Positions 38,802 through 51,100 of a DNA stretch of 64,000 nucleotides are shown piece after piece. Numbering within the stretch: the first letter of the stretch is position 1; the number at the start of each line of letters is the position of its first letter. Position numbers and translations under genes: made by a program. This DNA comes from Chrysomallon squamiferum (taxonomy: Eukaryota; Animalia; Mollusca). Under the pieces are notes generated by a model that saw only the letters and a program-made list of their open reading frames with translations, was not told where the DNA came from and did not search any database. The DNA is taken from positions 248,001 to 312,000 of the forward strand of contig CM022665.1 of the NCBI GenBank assembly GCA_012295275.1, given 5' to 3'.

Positions 38802-41800
38802 CAGAGAAGAAGAAACCGGCTTCTGCCAGTTCTGTCGGATTTTGGTTGTCAGGATGTGGCCATCGGTGTTCAAAAGACGAAATACGTCTTTGTACCTCGA
38901 CGTAATCGGAGTGACGTGCTGCATACAATTCCAGGGCTGATGTAGAGGAGCTTCCAGACAGAAAACCGGACATCTGAAGGATTGGTAAATTACTGAGACT
39001 GAGATGTGAAGAACTTTGATGAGAATCATTAGAGGCAACAGCATCACCACTGATAGAACTCTGGCCAGTAAAAGAAGGAACTGTATCATTAAAAACAAAT
39101 AAAACAGTGTTTGTAGCAAAATCAATGGTGTTAACAGCAGATGTTTCAGAGACTCCAAACAGTTCATTGTCACTAACTGAACTTTCAGACTCGCTCCGAT
39201 TACGAAGTGTTTCACTTTGAATAGCAGAAAATTCCGATACTGGTACAGATAATCTGCCCAGGAATTCTTGTAGTCTCTGCTCAGCATTCTCACTTACCCG
39301 AATCGGTTCACTTTCTTCCTCTCCCAGGACAAATCTGCATCTTGGAGAGATCTGTCTGTGAATTTCACTTGGCTTATCTCCAGGTCTCCAGTGATCATAG
39401 CTCTGACCACAGCTGAAGCAGACAACGCGATCATCAGACCCAGTAAAGTAGAATCCAGCAGCTGCAAGATGACTTGGCCAGGCTGAGGTTAGAGGAAATC
39501 GTAAGTAAGACGCATATCGGTCCCACTCCCTCCTGTATCTGACAGTGTCTGAATGTTCTGTTCCCAATTCATCATTTCTCAACTGTTCTCTCTCATTACG
39601 TCTCAACTGTTCTCTGTCATCACTTCTCAACTGTTCTGTCTGATTACTTCTCAACTGTTCTGTCTCATCACTTTTCAACTGTTCTGTCTCATCACATCTC
39701 AACTGTTCTGTCTTATCACATCCCATCTGTTCTCTCTGACCACTTCTCAACTGTTCTGTCTCATTACCTCTCAACTGTTCTGTCTCATCACATCTCAACT
39801 GTTCTGTCTCACCACTTCTCAACTGTTCTCTCTCATCACTTCTCAAATCTTTTGTCGTATCACTTCTCAACTGTTCTGTCTCCTCACTTCTCAACTGTTC
39901 TGTCTCCTCACTTCTCAACTGTTCTGTCTCATCACTTCTCAACTCTTTTGTCGTATCACTTGTCAACTGTTCTGTCTCATAACTTCTCAGCTGTTCTCTC
40001 TCATCACTTCTCAACTGTTCTGTCTGATCACTTCTCAACTGTTCTATCTCACTACTTCTCAACTGTTCTGTCTCATCACTTCTCAACTGTTCTGTCTCAC
40101 CACTTCTCAACTGTTGTGTCTCATCAATTCTCAACTGTTCTGTCTCATCACTTCTCAATCGTTCTGTCTCATCACTTCTGAAGTCTTTTGTCGTATCACT
40201 TGTCAACTGTTCTGTCTCATCACTTCTCAACTGTTCTGTCTCATCACTTCTCAACTGTTCTGTCTCATCACTTCTGAACTGTTCTTTCTCATCACTTCTC
40301 AACTGTTCTGTCTCATCACTTCTCAACTGTTCTATCTCATCACTTCTCAGCTGTTCTCTCTCATCACTTCTCAACTGTTCTGTCTCACCACTTCTCAACT
40401 CTTTTGTCGTATCACTTTTCAGCTGTTCTGTCTCATCACTTCTGAACTGTTCTATCTCATCACTTCTCAACTGTTCTATCTCACGACTTCTGAACTGTTC
40501 TCTCTCAACACTTCTCAGCTGTTCTGTCTGATCACTTCTCAACTGTTCTGTCTCACGACTTCTGAACTGTTCTCTCTCAACACTTCTCAGCTGTTCTGTC
40601 AAACAACTTCTCAACTGTTCTGTCTTATCACTTCTCATCTGTTCTATCTCACTACTTCTCAGCTGTTCTATCTCACCACTTCTCAGCTGTTCTCTCTCAT
40701 CACTTCTCAACTGTTCTGTCTCACCACTTCTCAACTCTTTTGTCGTATCACTTTTCAGCTGTTCTGTCTCATCACTTCTGAACTGTTCTCTCTCAACACT
40801 TCTCAGCTGTTCTGCCTCATCACTTCTCAACTGTTCTGTCTCATCACTTCTCGACTGTTCTGTCTCATGACTTCTCAGCTGTTCTGTATCTTCACTTCTC
40901 AACTGTTCTGTCTGATCACTTCTCAACTGTTCTATCTCACTACTTCTCAACTGTTCTGTCTCATCACTTCTCAACTGTTCTGTCTCACCACTTCTCAACT
41001 GTTGTGTCTCATCAATTCTCAACTGTTCTGTCTCATCACTTCTGAAGTCTTTTGTCGTATCACTTGTCAACTGTTCTGTCTCATCACTTCTCAACTGTTC
41101 TGTCTCATCACTTCTCAACTGTTCTGTCTCATCACTTCTGAACTGTTCTTTCTCATCACTTCTCAACTGTTCTGTCTTATCACTTCTCAACTGTTCTATC
41201 TCATCACTTCTCAACTGTTCTATCTCATCACTTCTCAGCTGTTCTCTCTCATCACTTCTCAACTGTTCTGTCTCACCACTTCTCAACTCTTTTGTCGTAT
41301 CACTTTTCAGCTGTTCTGTCTCATCACTTCTGAACTGTTCTATCTCATCACTTCTCAACTGTTCTATCTCACGACTTCTGAACTGTTCTCTCTCAACACT
41401 TCTCAGCTGTTCTGTCTGATCACTTCTCAACTGTTCTGTCTCACGACTTCTGAACTGTTCTCTCTCAACACTTCTCAACTGTTCTATCTCATCACTTCTC
41501 AACTGTTCTATCTCATCACTTCTCAGCTGTTCTCTCTCATCACTTCTGAACTGTTCTATCTCAACACTTCTCAACTGTTCTATCTCATCACTTCTCAACT
41601 GTTCTATCTCACGACTTCTGAACTGTTCTCTCTCAACACTTCTCAGCTGTTCTGTCTGATCACTTCTCAACTGTTCTCTCTCACGACTTCTGAACTGTTC
41701 TCTCTCAACACTTCTCAGCTGTTCTGTCTCACAACTTCTCAACTGTTCTGTCTTATCACTTCTCATCTGTTCTATCTCACTACTTCTCAGCTGTTCTATC

Positions 41801-44800
41801 TCACCACTTCTCAGCTGTTCTCTCTCATCACTTCTCAACTGTTCTGTCTCACCACTTCTCAACTGTTCTGCCTCATCACTTCTCAAATGTTCTGTCTCAT
41901 CACTTCTCAACTGTTCTGTCTCATCACTTCTCAACTGTTCTGTCTCTTCACTTCTCAACTGTTCTGTCTCATCACTTCTCAAATGTTCTATCTCATCACT
42001 TCTCAACTGTTCTGTCTCATCACTTCTCACCTGTTCTGTCTCATCACTTCTCAACTGTTCTGTCTCACCACTTCTCAACTGTTCTGTCTCACCACTTCTC
42101 AGCTGTTCTGTCTCATCACTTCTCAACTGTTCTGTCTCATCACTTCTCAACTCTTTTGTCGTATCACTTTTCAGCTGTTCTGTCTCATCACTTCTGAACT
42201 GTTCTATCTCATCACTTCTGAACTGTTCTATCTCACGACTTCTGAACTGTTCTGTCTTATCACTTCTCATCTGTTCTATCTCACTACTTCTCAGCTGTTC
42301 TATCTCACCACTTCTCAGCTGTTCTCTCTCACCACTTCTCAAATGTTCTATCTCACTACTTCTCAGCTGTTCTATCTCACCACTTCTCAGCTGTTCTCTC
42401 TCAGCACTTCTCAAATGTTCTATCTCAGTACTTCTCAAATGTTTTGTCGTATCACTTGTCAACTGTTCTGTCTCACCACTTCTCAACTGTTCTGTTTCAC
42501 CACTTCTCAACTGTTCTGTCTCACCACTTCTCAGCTGTTCTGTCTCATCACTTCTCAAATGTTCTGTCTCATCACTTCTCAACTGTTCTGTCTCATCACT
42601 TCTCAACTGTTCTGTCTCTTCACTTCTCAACTGTTCTGTCTCATCACTTCTCAACTGTTCTATCTCATCACTTCTCAACTGTTCTATCTCATCACTTCTC
42701 ACCTGTTCTGTCTCATCACTTCTCAACTGTTCTGTCTCACCACTTCTCAACTGTTCTGTCTCACCACTTCTCAGCTGTTCTGTCTCATCACTTTTCAACT
42801 GTTCTGTCTCATCACTTCTCAACTCTTTTGTCGTATCACTTTTCAGCTGTTCTGTCTCATCACTTCTGAACTGTTCTATCTCATCACTTCTGAACTGTTC
42901 TATCTCACGACTTCTGAACTGTTCTCTCTCAACACTTCTCAGCTGTTCTGCCTCATCACTTCTCAACTGTTCTGTCTCATCACTTCTCGACTGTTCTGTC
43001 TCATGACTTCTCAGCTGTTCTGTATCTTCACTTCTCAACTGTTCTGTCTGATCACTTCTCAACTGTTCTATCTCACTACTTCTCAACTGTTCTGTCTCAT
43101 CACTTCTCAACTGTTCTGTCTCACCACTTCTCAACTGTTGTGTCTCATCAATTCTCAACTGTTCTGTCTCATCACTTCTGAAGTCTTTTGTCGTATCACT
43201 TGTCAACTGTTCTGTCTCATCACTTCTCAACTGTTCTGTCTCATCACTTCTCAACTGTTCTGTCTCATCACTTCTGAACTGTTCTTTCTCATCACTTCTC
43301 AACTGTTCTGTCTTATCACTTCTCAACTGTTCTATCTCATCACTTCTCAACTGTTCTATCTCATCACTTCTCAGCTGTTCTCTCTCATCACTTCTCAACT
43401 GTTCTGTCTCACCACTTCTCAACTCTTTTGTCGTATCACTTTTCAGCTGTTCTGTCTCATCACTTCTGAACTGTTCTATCTCATCACTTCTCAACTGTTC
43501 TATCTCACGACTTCTGAACTGTTCTCTCTCAACACTTCTCAGCTGTTCTGTCTGATCACTTCTCAACTGTTCTGTCTCACGACTTCTGAACTGTTCTCTC
43601 TCAACACTTCTCAACTGTTCTATCTCATCACTTCTCAACTGTTCTATCTCATCACTTCTCAGCTGTTCTCTCTCATCACTTCTGAACTGTTCTATCTCAA
43701 CACTTCTCAACTGTTCTATCTCATCACTTCTCAACTGTTCTATCTCACGACTTCTGAACTGTTCTCTCTCAACACTCTCTCAGCTGTTCTGTCTGATCAC
43801 TTCTCAACTGTTCTCTCTCACGACTTCTGAACTGTTCTCTCAACTGTTCTCAGCTGTTCTGTCTCACAACTTCTCAACTGTTCTGTCTTATCACTTCTCA
43901 TCTGTTCTATCTCACTACTTCTCAGCTGTTCTATCTCACCACTTCTCAGCTGTTCTCTCTCATCACTTCTCAACTGTTCTGTCTCACCACTTCTCAACTG
44001 TTCTGCCTCATCACTTCTCAAATGTTCTGTCTCATCACTTCTCAACTGTTCTGTCTCATCACTTCTCAACTGTTCTGTCTCTTCACTTCTCAACTGTTCT
44101 GTCTCATCACTTCTCAAATGTTCTATCTCATCACTTCTCAACTGTTCTATCTCATCACTTCTCACCTGTTCTGTCTCATCACTTCTCAACTGTTCTGTCT
44201 CACCACTTCTCAACTGTTCTGTCTCACCACTTCTCAGCTGTTCTGTCTCATCACTTCTCAACTGTTCTGTCTCATCACTTCTCAACTCTTTTGTCGTATC
44301 ACTTTTCAGCTGTTCTGTCTCATCACTTCTGAACTGTTCTATCTCATCACTTCTGAACTGTTCTATCTCACGACTTCTGAACTGTTCTGTCTTATCACTT
44401 CTCATCTGTTCTATCTCACTACTTCTCAGCTGTTCTATCTCACCACTTCTCAGCTGTTCTCTCTCACCACTTCTCAAATGTTCTATCTCACTACTTCTCA
44501 AATGTTTTGTCGTATCACTTGTCAACTGTTCTGTCTCACCACTTCTCAACTGTTCTGTTTCACCACTTCTCAACTGTTCTGTCTCACCACTTCTCAGCTG
44601 TTCTGTCTCATCACTTCTCAAATGTTCTGTCTCATCACTTCTCAACTGTTCTGTCTCATCACTTCTCAACTGTTCTGTCTCTTCACTTCTCAACTGTTCT
44701 GTCTCATCACTTCTCAACTGTTCTATCTCATCACTTCTCAACTGTTCTATCTCATCACTTCTCACCTGTTCTGTCTCATCACTTCTCAACTGTTCTGTCT

Positions 44801-45490
44801 CACCACTTCTCAACTGTTCTGTCTCACCACTTCTCAGCTGTTCTGTCTCATCACTTCTCAACTGTTCTATCTCATCACTTCTCAACTGTTCTATCTCATC
44901 ACTTCTCACCTGTTCTGTCTCATCACTTCTCAACTGTTCTGTCTCACCACTTCTCAACTGTTCTGTCTCACCACTTCTCAGCTGTTCTGTCTCATCACTT
45001 CTCAACTGTTCTGTCTCATCACTTCTCAACTCTTTTGTCGTATCACTTTTCAGCTGTTCTGTCTCATCACTTCTGAACTGTTCTATCTCATCACTTCTGA
45101 ACTGTTCTATCTCACGACTTCTGAACTGTTCTCTCTCAACACTTCTCAGCTGTTCTGCCTCATCACTTCTCAACTGTTCTGTCTCATCACTTCTCGACTG
45201 TTCTGTCTCATGACTTCTCAGCTGTTCTGTATCTTCACTTCTCAACTGTTCTGTATCTTCACGTCTCAACTGTTCTGTCTCATCACTTCTCAGTTGTTCT
45301 CTCTCATCACCTCTCAGCTGTTCTGTATCTTCACTTCTCAACTGTTCTGTCTTATCACTTCTCAGCTGTTGTCTCTCATCACCTCTCAGCTGTTCTGTAT
45401 CTTCACTTCTCAGCTGTTCTGTATCTTCACTTCTCACCTGTTCTGTCTCATCACTTCTCACCTGTTCTGTCTCATTACTTCTCAGCTGTT
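38802..45490 (-). CDS. Copy C giant exon (about 6.69 kb): about 246 x 8-aa charged repeat, intact BIR1, first half of BIR2
   Basis: ORFs 38797..43734 and 43818..45461; ATCACAG acceptor at 45491-45492, G|GTTAGT donor; 6689 nt, one base short of a multiple of 3, matching the +1 and -2 indels at 43775-43845; VVCFSCG..H..C intact. Confidence 0.85.
39575..45490 (-). repeat. 24-bp coding minisatellite (plus-strand consensus cacttctcaactgttctgtctcat) with higher-order blocks
   Basis: Direct reading; rare variant ctgttgtgtctcatcaattc at 40111, 40999, 43135. Confidence 0.98.
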
Positions 45491-45867
45491 CTGTGATATT
45501 ACATTATATTTTAGTAAAACGAAAGCCACTTCTTAATGCAGTATGAAATTAAACTACGTTATTTATTTGTTATAACTTTCATATTCTTACGAAAATTATT
45601 ACATTGTCAGAGTTTGTAAAAAAAAAAAACATTGTACAAACTTTCTGTGTTTACCACTACAAATATTTTACACATATCTGTAATTTCAGAAAAAATAAAG
45701 ATAAAATTTGTAAAATTAACATCGGTTTATGGTTATAAGAAAATACTTATTTTTCACCTCTTATATTCATATTGTAACAAACGTTAATCTAGTAATAATA
45801 GATTTATCTTTTATTTCTTCCTGTGATCTATAATGGTCTTTTCAAAATTTATTTATTTGAAAATTTC

Positions 45868-45901
<34 letters not shown>

Positions 45902-45906
45902 CATAC

Positions 45907-45945
45907 CTGCTTCAATCAGCATCTTATACATTTCCATATCTAGGC
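45907..45945 (-). CDS. 39-nt symmetric micro-exon candidate, (G)LDMEMYKMLIEA; could also supply the start codon
   Basis: TTTCTGAAATGACAG acceptor, CAG|GTATGT donor, phase 1-1, in frame with the giant exon. Confidence 0.5.
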
Positions 45946-48199
45946 CTGTCATTTCAGAAAAATAAATTGATATAAAATTTGTGAATAAACATAAGTTTAT
46001 GATTATAAGAAAAATATTATTTTACGTGTTATATTCTCATGTGATAGTTATTCAGATTAAAAAAATGCTCAAAATCACAGATAGACAAAGTATTTGTCAA
46101 CGAAACATGCACATTAACGAAGAGTTTTAAGCATGAACATCTTTTTAAGATCAAATGGTGCTCCTTTCAGTAATAACAACAAAAATAATAAATAAACAAA
46201 CAGATGAAAATAAACAGTAGAAAGAAACTAAATGTTTACGAATCCCGTCGAGTCAGAAATCATTCCAAAGGGTGACTATTCAAATTACGTTTGAATAAAA
46301 CGAGGGTCACTTGTTACATAAAGTATGAAAGTAAACTAACAATGTTTAATCATGTAATATTGTATTTATCCGTTAAAAAATTAAATTGTAGTTACATTCT
46401 ACAGTGATGTTTTCAACTGCATTTAATGGTGAACAAGTTTTCCCTATTTCTAGGAAGCCTGTTTAGCATTGTAAAATAATACTACTGACATTTTATAGCT
46501 GTAAATATTATTGGCAAATGTTCTGTTTGATATCTTGAATCTGATAAAACATGAAAGACAGTTGAATTAATACAAATTTATATGATTCGTTTTCCTTTCT
46601 TTATCGGAGAATGTCACTGACAAGGTTAGAATATAATAAATAAATAAGTAATTAAAGTTGTTTTGAAGGTTTGTGTATTATTTTTAGTGTAAATGAAGTC
46701 ATAAATTATCACAACTATTTATCATTAAACAGCCAAAAGTAACTGCTGAATTAATAAAACGCTAAGATAAACATTCACTATCAGTTTCTGAACATGTATA
46801 ATTAACATATATTTAACGTCTCTGATAGATGTATAAACTTTATTGTAACACGTTCATACTGCTTTCATTTCATTAAATTATTTATTACCTGAGAACATTT
46901 GTTGAATATTTATGGTAAATAATAAAATAACACCCATTCTTTGTTTCAGAGCATACTTTAAGAAGTCTTTTCCTACTGTTACACAACAATAAAAAAAAAC
47001 AAAGAAAAAAAGGAAACATTTATAACAATCGATTTATATAGCATGATCGCGTTGTTTAATGACAGCTAGAAAAGAAAGTTTACAATACGTTAGGGCACTC
47101 TGATCGATTATCAGTTTCATTTCCATCGGCTCATCTCTCAGATCTGCAATTTCGTTAGAATGTGTAAACATTATAAAATTAATACCAGTGGAGTGTGGAT
47201 CATCACATTCTCAGCTACAATCTAAATCTGGATCAGTTTTGGCATTGTCATCTAATACCACTGGAATTTTATAGGAGTAAAAATTATTTCCTTTCCCCCC
47301 CTCCAGTTTAGTATCTTGAATCTAAAAAAGTTTTCAGTCATTTTATTTAAATAGATCAGTTGTATTCATGATTTATCTCGCCAGTGTAGAATGGAGATTA
47401 TAACTTTTAAGGATGAATTCTTCCAAGCATTCACATATAACTTCGAAATAGACAACGTTTTTTGCTGGATATGGAGGTGTTTCACTTACAATACAAAAAG
47501 CGTTTCTGCATATCTGCTAACAACTGTCAGAAACAGAGTTTACGGCTATGTCAAATGGTGCAGTATATCGGTCCTTTCAATAATAATAACATAAATAAAT
47601 AAATAAATAAAGACTAAAACATTAAAAGTTTCTAACCCGTCAAATCAGATATCACTGTCAAAAAGGACTATGTAAATTATATTTTATATTTACAAGTACA
47701 TTTATCTTACAGAAAATTAAACTAACAAATTTTAATCCAGTAATAACAGATTTATCTTTTACTTTTACCCGTGATCTATCATGATCTTTTCAAAAATTAT
47801 ATATTTTAAAATTTTATAATAATAATAATAATGCTTCAAGCACCAAGTTATACACTTCCATAACTAGCCCTGTCATTTCAGAAAAATGAATTGATTTAAA
47901 ATTTAAGAATTAACATCAGTTTATGATTATAAGAAAATAATTATTTTTCATATTATATTCTCAGGCGATAGTTATTCTGAATAAAAAAATGCTCAAAGTC
48001 ACAGATAGACAAAGTATTTGACAATGAAACCAGTACATTAAAGAAGAGTTTCAGGCATCAACATTTTTTAAGATCCATACATGACTTCAAGACAACTAGA
48101 ACCTTTTGGTACATGTGTACATGCTTACCGTAAGATACAAAAAAAACAAAAACAAAAAATTATAAATTACATAACAATTTTGAAACAAGGACGTCCACT

Positions 48200-51100
48200 A
48201 ATTCGAAATCACTGACAAACATTCACTAATTAAAATAAACAATAGATGTTGATGTTCGTATATTAATTGAAAGGTATGAGTGAGGTAAAATCAGGGTAGG
48301 GTCCTGCAGTTTTCACTAATTTTGTTTAAAAGGATCAGTTATATTCGTGATTTTTCTCGCCAATCTAGAACCGAGATTTTGAGTTGTAAGGATGAATTGT
48401 TCTAAGCATCCACAGACGACATCGAGATAGAAATTTCAGCGTTTTCCTTAGATGAGTACGCGTTTCACTTTCAATACAAAATGCAAAAAGTGTTTCTCCG
48501 TATCTGCAAATAACTGTCAGAAACAGAGCTTACGGATCTATTAAATACTGCTCCTTTTAATAATAATAACGGTAATAAATAAACAAACAAATAAATAAAA
48601 ATAAAGATTAGAAAAAAAAAAAAAACAACAAGAACTTTACGAATACCCTCAAGTCAGACATCATTACGGAGGGTGACCATGCAAATTACGTTTTAATAAA
48701 ACGAGCGTCACATGTTACATAAAGAATGACACTAAACAAACAAGGTTTAATCATATAACGATATTTTTATTTTTACTACTGTCTGTGTTCTTTCATTATC
48801 TTCCAAAAATATTTAATTTAAAAAATTGTAAAAAAACAAAACAAATTAAATTGTACATACCTTTTATTGTGTTGTTTTCAACTTCATTTAAAGTTGAACA
48901 AGTTTTGTGTACAATGATTTCCGTTGTTTCATAGGTTAAATCTGTAATTTCAGAAATATAGATAAACATAAAATGTGTAAAATTAATATCAGCTAACGTT
49001 TGTAAGAAAATAATTCTTTTTCACCTATTATATTCATGTAGTAGTCATTCAGATTATAAAATGCACAAAATCACAGACAGAAAAACTATTTGAAAACGAA
49101 ACCAGGACATTAATGAAACTCCACGCTTATCTTTTGGGATAATTTTTAAAACCAGGAAATAAAGGAGACATTTGTCTGACTTGCAATAATTCGAAATCAC
49201 TGACAAACGTTCACTAATTAAAATAAATAATAGATGTTGATGTTCGTATATTCATTGAAAGGCATGAGTGAGGTAAAATCAGGATAGGGCTCTATCAGCT
49301 ACTGAAATTACTATATATCAATATTTTATAGCCGTACTAAATAATTGGATGTACAGGCAATTATTTCTTTGCTTTACAGGTATTGATTAAGAAATAAATA
49401 CTTAAAAACAGGTTGTTTACCAAACAAAACATCAGTAGATTAAGTATATGACAGTGACTTTATAAGTTACGTTCAAGAAGGTGTAAAAGTACCTAAAGAC
49501 ATGAAAGATCCTCTTTATCATCTTCACCTGCTTATCACTTAGCTCTGTAAGTTCTGTAAGATGAAATCAAAACAAACATTTTAAAATTAACATCTGTGAA
49601 GTGTGGTTCGTCACACTGTTATGATTTTACATTAGATATAGGCGATGCAGTTTTCACTAATTTTGTTTAAAAAGGATCAGTTATATTCGTGATTTTTCTC
49701 GCCAATCTAGAACCGAGATTTTGAGTTGTAAGGATGAATTGTTCTAAGCATCCACAGACGACATCGAGATAGAAATTTCAGCGTTTTCCTTAGATGAGTA
49801 CGCGTTTCACTTTCAATACAAAATGCAAAAAGTGTTTCTCCATATCTGCAAATAACTGTCAGAAACAGAGCTTACGGATCTATTAAATACTGCTCCTTTT
49901 AATAATAATAACAGTAATAAATAAACAAACAAATAAATAAAAATAAAGATTAGAAAAAAACAAAAAAACAACAAGAACTTTACGAATACCCTCAAGTCAG
50001 ACATCATTACGGAGGGTGACCATGCAAATTACGTTTTAATAAAACGAGCGTCACATGTTACATAAAGAATGACACTAAACAAACAAGGTTTAATCATATA
50101 ACGATATTTTTATTTTTTACTACTGTCTGTGTTCTTTCATCATCTTCCAAAAATATTTAATTTAAAAAATTGTAAAAAAACAAAACAAATTAAATTGTAC
50201 ATACCTTTTATTGTGTTGTTTTCAACTTCATTTAAAGTTGAACAAGTTTTGTGTACAATGATTTCCGTTGTTTCATAGGTTAAATCTGTAATTTCAGAAA
50301 TATGGATAAACATAAAATGTGTAAAATTAATATCAGCTAACGTTTGTAAGAAAATAATTCTTTTTCACCTATTATATTCATGTAGTAGTCATTCAGATTA
50401 TAAAAATGCACAAAATCACAGACAGAAAAACTATTTGAAAACGAAACCAGGACATTAATGAAACTCCACGCTTATCTTTTGGGATAATTTTTAAAACCAG
50501 GAAATAAAGGAGACATTTGTCTGACTTGCAATAATTCGAAATCACTGACAAACGTTCACTAATTAAAATAAATAATAGATGTTGATGTTCGTATATTCAT
50601 TGAAAGGCATGAGTGAGGTAAAATCAGGGTAGGGTCCTGTCAGCTACTGAAAATACGATAAATCAATATAATATTGCCATACTAAATAACTGGATGTATA
50701 CACAATTATATCTTTACTTCACAGGCATTGTTTTGAAACAAAACAAAAAAATAAAAGTAATAATAGTTGTTTACCAAAGAAAAGTAAACAACATTAAATA
50801 TATGACAATCGCTTTATAAGGTACGCTCAACAAGGTGTAAAAATACCTGGTGACTGAATAATCCTTTTTATCATGTTCACCTACTTATTATTTAGCTCTG
50901 TAAGTTCAGTAAGATAAGATTACAATGAACATATTAAAATTAACATCTGTGAAGTGTGGCTCTTCACACTGTTATGATTTTACATTAGAAACAGGTGTTG
51001 CAGTTCATGGTTTAAAACTGTAATTTCAGAATTATAAATAAATATAGAATGCGAAAAATTAACATCAGCTTACATATATAAGATAACAATTATTATCATG

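Noticed and set aside
39575-45490. CRISPR-like regular periodicity
   Set aside because: Contiguous tandem units with no unique spacers, no cas genes, eukaryotic intron-exon context
39553-45536. 1425-aa and 504-aa plus-strand ORFs (TSQLFCLI repeats) and the HHFSTVLS ORFs
   Set aside because: Antisense shadows of the 24-bp repeat, whose consensus lacks stops in those frames; the minus frame is the one continuous with BIR1
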